Virus record (IMG/VR): IMGVR_UViG_3300028594_000124 | Location: 1-10,796 of that record | Strand: one strand, 5' to 3' | Origin: a virus | DNA length: 10,796 nucleotides | Shown here: positions 5,853 to 10,796 of the stretch, in pieces | How the letters are laid out: each line of letters starts with the position of its first letter | Numbering within the stretch: position 1 is the first letter of the stretch | Notes under the pieces: generated by a model | Seen by the model: only the letters and a program-made list of their open reading frames with translations | The model's database searches: none | What the model was told of the DNA's origin: nothing | Position numbers and translations under genes: made by a program

Positions 5853-6083
5853 ATGGAAAGTTCTATTTTAGATGTTGTTAGTAATTTAGGTTTCCCTATA
5901 GCGGTGAGTGTAACATTGTTTTATCAGATGAATAAAACGAATGAAACATACGTGAAATTATTACGTGATTTTCAGGATGTAATAAGTAACAATACACATT
6001 CTATTAAGTTACTAAATGCTACCGTTCATGAATTGAAAAATGATTTAGGTTATAGAGATGTAGATACAGGTGAAAGAAAATGA
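5853..6083 (+). CDS. Small single-pass membrane protein with a YvrJ-like N-terminus; holin candidate
   Basis: 76 aa from the ATG at 5853, with SD AGGGGG 5 nt upstream. ILDVVSNLGFPIAVSVTLFY is a hydrophobic helix carrying the N-x-GFP motif I associate with the Bacillus YvrJ family. It is followed by a polar helical tail. The stop overlaps the next start (ATGA at 6080-6083). Confidence 0.6.
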   Translation: MESSILDVVSNLGFPIAVSVTLFYQMNKTNETYVKLLRDFQDVISNNTHSIKLLNATVHELKNDLGYRDVDTGERK

Positions 6084-6655
6084 AACTAAAAGATTTAGTA
6101 GTTGGTGATTATAATATTTTAGATTACATTTCGTTCTTTGATGATATATCAGACACTAAACCCTATTTTGCAGAATTAACGTTTATGTATGGTGAACGTG
6201 AATTATTAACTAAAGCAGAAGATTTATTTTTATCTAGTGATTTAGGGGGTGTTGGTTTGATGTTTGATTTGAAAAGTCCTGATTGGGAACAGTTGAAAAT
6301 TGTAGCTAAAAGATTAGTAGATGATGGAATGTTAGAAACTACCACCACCAAAACAACTGATAGAACAGATACTGTAGACAGAACAGGTACTAATTCTAGT
6401 GATGTAGCAGATGATGATTTTGTAGTAGCTTATGATGAAACAGTAGACACTAAACAAGCAGGAACAACAAGGTCAGATACTAAAGAAAATATTGAAAATG
6501 TAATCAATGAATTAGCAGGAACAGATACCACTGTTAAAACAGGATATGATAAAAACAGAATGGAATTTATAACGACACTGTTTAAAGAGTATCCTAATTA
6601 TAGGTTAGAAATTTATAAAGATATTGTAAATGGTTTATGTATTCAGGGTTATTAA
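6080..6655 (+). CDS. Acidic T/D-rich virion-module protein; candidate lower collar/adaptor or scaffold
   Basis: 191-aa ORF translationally coupled to the upstream gene, between the portal and capsid genes. A central low-complexity tract (TTTTKTTDRTDTVDRTGTNSSDVADDD...GTTRSDTK...GTDTTVKTG) is present. I recognise no motif, so the function is inferred from position only. Confidence 0.35.
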   Translation: MKLKDLVVGDYNILDYISFFDDISDTKPYFAELTFMYGERELLTKAEDLFLSSDLGGVGLMFDLKSPDWEQLKIVAKRLVDDGMLETTTTKTTDRTDTVDRTGTNSSDVADDDFVVAYDETVDTKQAGTTRSDTKENIENVINELAGTDTTVKTGYDKNRMEFITTLFKEYPNYRLEIYKDIVNGLCIQGY

Positions 6656-6683
6656 AATAAAAAATATAAAGGGGTAGTAAAAT

Positions 6684-7838
6684 ATGAAAGTAGAACAAAT
6701 TCATACAATTTTAAATACAGTTACAAATGAAGTGTTAGGTACAGAAAATTTAGTTAGTGAAGATTTATCCAATATTGTTGATGTTGGTAATGAAATTTTA
6801 AATGCTGAAAAGGTAGATAGTTATGTTAAAAAATTAGTACACCACATTGGGAAAGTAGAATTTTCTAATCGTAAATATAGGGGTAATGCTAAATCAGTAT
6901 TAATGGATAGTTGGGAATATGGTTCAATTTTACAAAAGATTGAAAGTGAATTACCTGAAGCAACTGAAAATGAGTCATGGAATTTAGTAGATGGACAATC
7001 TTATGACCCTAATGTTTTCCATCAACCAAAAGTATCTTCTAAATTTTTTGATAGTAAAGTTACGTTTGAAATTCCTGTATCATTTGCAGAAAAACAAGTA
7101 AAAGGGTCATTCTCAAATGCTAGTCAGATGAACGGTTTCCTAACAATGATTACGAACAACGTTGAAAATTCATTAACGATTAAATTAGATAGTTTAATTA
7201 TGCGAACAATTAATAACTTCATTGGGGCTACATTATTAGATGAAAATTCTAATACTAGTGTAAACTTGCTGAAAATGTATAATGACGCTATGGGTGAAAC
7301 TTTAACAGTTGCAGATGCTTTAACAGATAGTGCGTTTTTACGTTATGCCAACTTCATTATCAATACATACACTGATAGAATGTCACGTATTTCTACACTG
7401 TTTAATAAAGGTGGTAAAGAACGTTTTACGAATAAAGAAAATGCTAATCTAATTCTATTGACTGATTTTGTAAATAGTTCAGATGTGTTCTTACAATCAG
7501 ATGTACGACACAATGAATTAACAGGTGTAGCTAAATTTGATACGGTTCCTTATTGGCAAGGTTCAGGTACAGGGTATTCATTAGATGAAATTTCATCTAT
7601 CAATGTATCTGTAAATGACGGTACAGCGACTTCTAAAACAGTTGAACAATCAGGAATTATCGGAGTACTGTTTGATAGACAAGCACTAGGGGTTACGAAT
7701 TTAGATAAACGTGTTACAACGAATTACAATCCTAAAGCAGAATTTTATACTAACTTCTATAAAGCAGATGGCGGATACTTTAACGACTTTAACCAAAACT
7801 TTGTTGTATTCTACATTGAAGATGATAGTGCTGCTTAA
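6684..7838 (+). CDS. Major capsid protein (HK97-fold, Picovirinae type)
   Basis: 384 aa. It has a strong SD (AAAGGGGTAG) and is followed by a strong terminator, as expected for the most abundant virion protein. GVLFDRQALGV resembles phi29 gp8 AVLVDKDWFMV. There is no Ig-like C-terminal extension. Confidence 0.75.
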   Translation: MKVEQIHTILNTVTNEVLGTENLVSEDLSNIVDVGNEILNAEKVDSYVKKLVHHIGKVEFSNRKYRGNAKSVLMDSWEYGSILQKIESELPEATENESWNLVDGQSYDPNVFHQPKVSSKFFDSKVTFEIPVSFAEKQVKGSFSNASQMNGFLTMITNNVENSLTIKLDSLIMRTINNFIGATLLDENSNTSVNLLKMYNDAMGETLTVADALTDSAFLRYANFIINTYTDRMSRISTLFNKGGKERFTNKENANLILLTDFVNSSDVFLQSDVRHNELTGVAKFDTVPYWQGSGTGYSLDEISSINVSVNDGTATSKTVEQSGIIGVLFDRQALGVTNLDKRVTTNYNPKAEFYTNFYKADGGYFNDFNQNFVVFYIEDDSAA

Positions 7839-7854
7839 TTAAATAACTGAATAG

Positions 7855-7882
7855 GGTGGAATTGACGTTCCACCTTATTTTT
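7855..7882 (+). terminator. Rho-independent terminator or attenuator after the capsid gene
   Basis: The stem GGTGGAA (7855-7861) pairs with TTCCACC (7868-7874) around a 6-nt loop. It is followed by TTATTTTT. Confidence 0.7.
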
Positions 7883-7899
7883 ATATAAGGGGTGAATAC

Positions 7900-8283
7900 A
7901 TGAGTGACAATTTAAAAATATATACGAATAAATCAGACCAAAATATTATCAATAAAGATAAGGAAATAGTATCTACTTTAGAATGTACCTTTAAAGATAA
8001 TATTGATATACTAAATCCTATTCTACTAATTAAAAATTATACAGGTGGAAACTACTGTTACATTTTAGATTTTGAACGGTACTATTTTATAGATGATGTT
8101 AGTTTATTAAAGGGTGGGGTGTATCAGTTGCATTGTTCTGTAGATGTTTTACAGTCATATGCTGATGAGTTAGAAAACAGTGAATATTATTCAAGTGATG
8201 GGGTTTTACATACAGTAGAAAATGAAATCGAATTTACTGAAATATATAATCCTGAAAAATTTATTTTGATTATGGGGGTGTAA
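7900..8283 (+). CDS. Tail knob / distal tail tube protein, N-terminal segment (phi29 gp9 N-terminus-like)
   Basis: 127 aa. NYCYILDFERYYFIDDVSLLKGGVYQLHCSVDVLQSY resembles the phi29 gp9 N-terminal [44 protein letters not shown] is present. The ORF ends at TAA, in frame with the next ORF. Confidence 0.6.
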   Translation: MSDNLKIYTNKSDQNIINKDKEIVSTLECTFKDNIDILNPILLIKNYTGGNYCYILDFERYYFIDDVSLLKGGVYQLHCSVDVLQSYADELENSEYYSSDGVLHTVENEIEFTEIYNPEKFILIMGV

Positions 8284-8286
8284 AAA

Positions 8287-9942
8287 ATGGCAAGTGAATT
8301 ATTACGTATGGTTGAACATGTTGAGTTATGGGGCGACCCTGAAATTGTTAAATTGACAGGTTATTTAACTGAAAGTAAAAAGAATTTATTACTAACTGTT
8401 GAATTAAAAAACCACTATTTCATAGACCCTATAAAATTTACAATGAAACGTGATACAAGGGGTGATTTTAACTATAATCACATTAGTTTTAGTGATTCTA
8501 CACAAGGTGTAATATCTGAAATGATTGACGGTGTAGAAAGAAATACAGGAATTATATCTCTTAATGTTGGGTTAGATACCACCACTACAAAAGTTGAAGT
8601 TATTGTCAGTCCTGATAACATTGTTCAATATGAACCACAAATTGATGGACAATCTTTAATGATTGAAAATTATAATGTTGTAAATGCTTATGTTGATACT
8701 AGTTATATACCGTTTAATTCTAGTGGGGTGATAGTTAGTAATTTCAGTTCTGATGGTGATAACGTTCAAGAAGTTGTGATTGAAGATACTTTACGTGTTA
8801 CAGCAAATGATGGGTATAAATTTGATTTAGATAATTTAGAAGATTATTATTTTGATGTTCAATTTCAACCGTATAATTATAATTTACGTTTGAGTTATGA
8901 TAGTACTGTACCATTCATACGTGTAAATCTTTCAGAATTTAGACCTGCTACAGGTATATCAACTTTTAATTGGATAGAAAAAAGCTCTAGTTATCCACTA
9001 TATCAAAGCGTACCTACTGATGGTACTATGTTCTATACTTATTCTGTAGGTGATACTAAACATTTGTTATTGTTATATGGTGGGTTACGTGAAAATGATT
9101 TACTATTTTTCACTTTCACTAAATCAAAATCAGGTTATGATGATATAGCATTTACTATGAACGGTGAAGAGTGGGTTAGGACAGATTTATTTTCTGCTAG
9201 TCTTTACGATTCTATAACAGATGAACGTCTTGAATTGAGTTTTTTAAATAATCTAAATTTTGTTGCCGTACCATCTACAACTACACCTATAGAAGATACT
9301 TCTAAATATTTATTTAATACTTATTACATTGATAATTCTGATTTGTCTATGTTACGTGAAAATAGTGGGTTAGTGAGTGAAGTGATTATAAATACCTATT
9401 CCTATCCTATAAACTTTTCAGATGATGATTTGGTAGATGTAGATTTTTCAGTAGCGAATATTACACAAAATATTCCTGCTAAACGATTTTTATTTAATAA
9501 TACAGAAGTAGAAATTTTTAAATTTACTATTCCTGATGTTCCTGATGTTTCAGATATACGTATCAGAATACCGTTTAATAATGATGTTACACTACACTAT
9601 GAAGATGTTAGGGGTAAAACAATAACAGGTAGATTTAGTTATGAAGTTTTAACGAATAGTACAACGTTATTTATTAATGATGGGGTTACAGATATTTACA
9701 AAAACATGGTAGGTGTTGGTGTTGTTGTACCATACAGGGCTACAGGTAGATATGATGGGGGTAACGACCCTACAACACGTTTAGCAGTTGATGAACCTAA
9801 GTTATTCATTAAAGGGGTTGGTAAAACGATAAAAGGAAATTACATTCAGGGTACGATTGGTAAAGTAGTTGAAAATATGTTAAATTCAGAACGTGATAAA
9901 TTAAATACATTACTAGAGAATGGGGTGTTTTTCAATGATTGA
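8287..9942 (+). CDS. Tail knob C-terminal segment, probably also the receptor-binding protein
   Basis: 551 aa. The C-terminal NSERDKLNTLLENGVFF resembles the phi29 gp9 C-terminal NNDLQEIRTIFDNGITLW. EIFKFTIPDV...IRIRIPFNNDVTLHYEDVRGKTITGRFSYEV recalls gp9 [23 protein letters not shown]...KIQVRGSLG. It has its own SD (GGGGGTG) 6 nt upstream of the ATG. No other tail or fibre gene is present in the genome. Confidence 0.55.
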   Translation: MASELLRMVEHVELWGDPEIVKLTGYLTESKKNLLLTVELKNHYFIDPIKFTMKRDTRGDFNYNHISFSDSTQGVISEMIDGVERNTGIISLNVGLDTTTTKVEVIVSPDNIVQYEPQIDGQSLMIENYNVVNAYVDTSYIPFNSSGVIVSNFSSDGDNVQEVVIEDTLRVTANDGYKFDLDNLEDYYFDVQFQPYNYNLRLSYDSTVPFIRVNLSEFRPATGISTFNWIEKSSSYPLYQSVPTDGTMFYTYSVGDTKHLLLLYGGLRENDLLFFTFTKSKSGYDDIAFTMNGEEWVRTDLFSASLYDSITDERLELSFLNNLNFVAVPSTTTPIEDTSKYLFNTYYIDNSDLSMLRENSGLVSEVIINTYSYPINFSDDDLVDVDFSVANITQNIPAKRFLFNNTEVEIFKFTIPDVPDVSDIRIRIPFNNDVTLHYEDVRGKTITGRFSYEVLTNSTTLFINDGVTDIYKNMVGVGVVVPYRATGRYDGGNDPTTRLAVDEPKLFIKGVGKTIKGNYIQGTIGKVVENMLNSERDKLNTLLENGVFFND

Positions 9943-10618
9943 TTTATTTATAGCAGGTCATGGTAAAAATTTAAAAACAGGTGGTTTTGATACAGGTGCA
10001 ACAGGTTATATTTCAAAAGGTGAGCATAGATATATGACAGAAGATTTATTCCCTGCCATGAAAAAATATATACCTGATGGTGTTAAACCTATTTTCCATA
10101 CTGAATATAATGTTTATAGTCAGGGAAATATTGTTTCACTTGCTAAGAAGTATGGAAAAGATGTAAGGGTAACAGAATTTCATTTTGACGCAGGCGGTGT
10201 AAACTATTCAAAAGCAGGTGGACACGTTATTATTCAATCAGGGTTAAAACCTGATGAATTAGATTTACGATTAAGAGATGCTATCAAAAATACAACAGGG
10301 TTACACCCTATTCATTCTGATGGTATCAGTAGACGTAACAACTTACTTAATCCACGTTTAGCTATGCAAGGTGGTATTAATTATAGGTTACTAGAATTAG
10401 GAATGAGTACACATAAAGAGAATGCTAACTACATGATTAACAATGTTGATACCATTGCTAAAGAGTTAGTAAAAGCATTTTATTCTACTACTAAATCTAC
10501 ACCATCAACAGATAAATTATACAGGGTACAAGTTGGTGCATTTAAAAAGTTAGATAATGCAAAACAATTACAAAATGAATTGCGTGCTAAAGGTTATGAT
10601 GATTGTTTTATAATCTAA
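9935..10618 (+). CDS. Endolysin: N-acetylmuramoyl-L-alanine amidase (Amidase_3, CwlC-like) with a short C-terminal SPOR-like repeat
   Basis: IAGHGKN..GGFDTGATGY..GEH, FHFDAG and LELGMSTHKENANYM fit the Amidase_3 zinc and catalytic pattern. After a T/S/P linker, the C-terminal YRVQVGAFKKLDNAKQLQNELRAKGYDDCFII fits a SPOR repeat. I prefer the ATG at 9935 (SD GGGGTG 7 nt upstream, an ATGATTGA overlap with the upstream stop) over 9920. Confidence 0.88.
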   Translation: MIDLFIAGHGKNLKTGGFDTGATGYISKGEHRYMTEDLFPAMKKYIPDGVKPIFHTEYNVYSQGNIVSLAKKYGKDVRVTEFHFDAGGVNYSKAGGHVIIQSGLKPDELDLRLRDAIKNTTGLHPIHSDGISRRNNLLNPRLAMQGGINYRLLELGMSTHKENANYMINNVDTIAKELVKAFYSTTKSTPSTDKLYRVQVGAFKKLDNAKQLQNELRAKGYDDCFII

Positions 10619-10629
10619 TAGATATTTGA

Positions 10630-10660
10630 ACGTGGTATAAATATTTATATCACGTTTTTT
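10630..10660 (+). terminator. Rho-independent terminator of the late operon
   Basis: The stem ACGTGGTATA (10630-10639) pairs with TATATCACGT (10646-10655) with one G-U pair and a 6-nt loop. It is followed by TTTTTT (10655-10660) and starts 12 nt after the endolysin stop. Confidence 0.75.
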
Positions 10661-10718
10661 GTTTCACAGACTGCACACAATGTTTCACACACTCACAAAT
10701 GTTTCACAATGTTTCACA
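10660..10718 (-). promoter_or_regulatory. Right-end array of TGTGAAACA iteron-like repeats (read as TGTTTCACA on the plus strand)
   Basis: Perfect copies lie at 10660-10668 (outside the ITR), 10681-10689, 10700-10708 and 10710-10718, with spacings of 21, 19 and 10 bp. The copy outside the ITR mirrors the left-end degenerate copy at 131-139 to within 2 bp. Confidence 0.7.
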
Positions 10719-10796
10719 GAATTGGGGAAAGTGGAGCGACCCCCTTGTTCTTTGAGCACGGCGATGGCATCGGCAAGCGCAACGTATGCGCCGGTG
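10679..10796. repeat. Right inverted terminal repeat (ITR-R), probable protein-primed replication origin
   Basis: Exact reverse complement of 1-118. Carries TGTTTCACA at 10681-10689, 10700-10708 and 10710-10718. Confidence 0.9.

Larger units (their letters stand above)
1..10796 (+). mobile_element. Complete linear genome of a miniature phi29-like protein-primed podophage, ITR to ITR
   Basis: Perfect 118-bp ITRs sit exactly at both window ends. The genes are a protein-primed PolB, a candidate terminal protein, a gp16-like ATPase, a gp10-like portal, a capsid protein, a gp9-like knob and an endolysin, all co-directional with Bacillota-type SD sites. Confidence 0.8.

Noticed and set aside
6106-6115. 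TATAAT-like hexamers inside coding regions (for example 6110-6115 and about 8872-8885) as internal promoters
   Set aside because: Such hexamers are expected by chance in AT-rich coding sequence. They lack the TGn extension and the conserved TGTTATAATAGA context shared by the two intergenic promoters.
6163-6351. 62-aa minus-strand ORF from the six-frame track
   Set aside because: It lies inside the 6080-6655 gene on the opposite strand, with no SD or promoter. The VVVV and poly-polar runs are the antisense of the T/D-rich tract. It is most likely spurious.
9920-9934. Upstream ATG start (9920) for the endolysin
   Set aside because: The GGGGTG at 9922-9927 is an SD spaced 7 nt from the ATG at 9935. 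That start gives the canonical Amidase_3 N-terminus (MIDLFIAGHG).
1-10796. Alternative identities for an ITR-bounded element with PolB: a transposon/IS, casposon, pipolin or linear plasmid
   Set aside because: No transposase, Cas1, integrase or plasmid maintenance gene is present. The portal, packaging ATPase, capsid, tail knob and lysin genes show it is a virion-forming phage. No target-site duplication can be assessed because the window has no flanking DNA.
1-10796. Non-standard genetic code (for example the Mycoplasma TGA=Trp code), tRNA genes, CRISPR arrays
   Set aside because: All 12 genes are intact under the standard bacterial code. TGA is used as a real stop (6081-6083 and 9940-9942) with the next gene's start overlapping it. 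No cloverleaf-like or repeat-spacer structure is visible in the small amount of non-coding DNA.

Overview
This window looks like an entire linear replicon. Bases 1-118 are the perfect reverse complement of 10679-10796, a 118-bp inverted terminal repeat (ITR). Between the ITRs lie 12 tightly packed genes, all on the plus strand, with strong Bacillota-type Shine-Dalgarno sites (AAGGGGG), ATG/TTG/GTG starts and visibly low G+C. The gene content is that of a miniature phi29-like, protein-primed podophage. The early module holds a small possible SSB, an XRE-type HTH regulator, a candidate terminal protein and a protein-primed family-B DNA polymerase. The late module holds a gp16-like packaging ATPase, a gp10-like portal, a small YvrJ-like membrane protein, an acidic T/D-rich structural protein, the major capsid protein, a gp9-like tail-knob gene split in frame into two ORFs, and an Amidase_3 endolysin with a short SPOR-like tail. 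Two near-identical extended -10 promoters (215-223 and 3765-3773) and four rho-independent terminators define the transcription units. Four things stand out. (i) The outer 73 bp of each ITR are 63% G+C in an AT-rich genome. (ii) Nine perfect copies of TGTGAAACA occur only in non-coding DNA: phased arrays at both ends, plus an inverted pair that forms the early-operon terminator stem and overlaps the -35 region of the late promoter. (iii) The tail knob is split in frame. (iv) The genome is extremely small and fully unidirectional. I saw no tRNA, rRNA, CRISPR array, integrase or transposase. All homology statements come from visual motif recognition and phi29 sequences recalled from memory, not from database searches.
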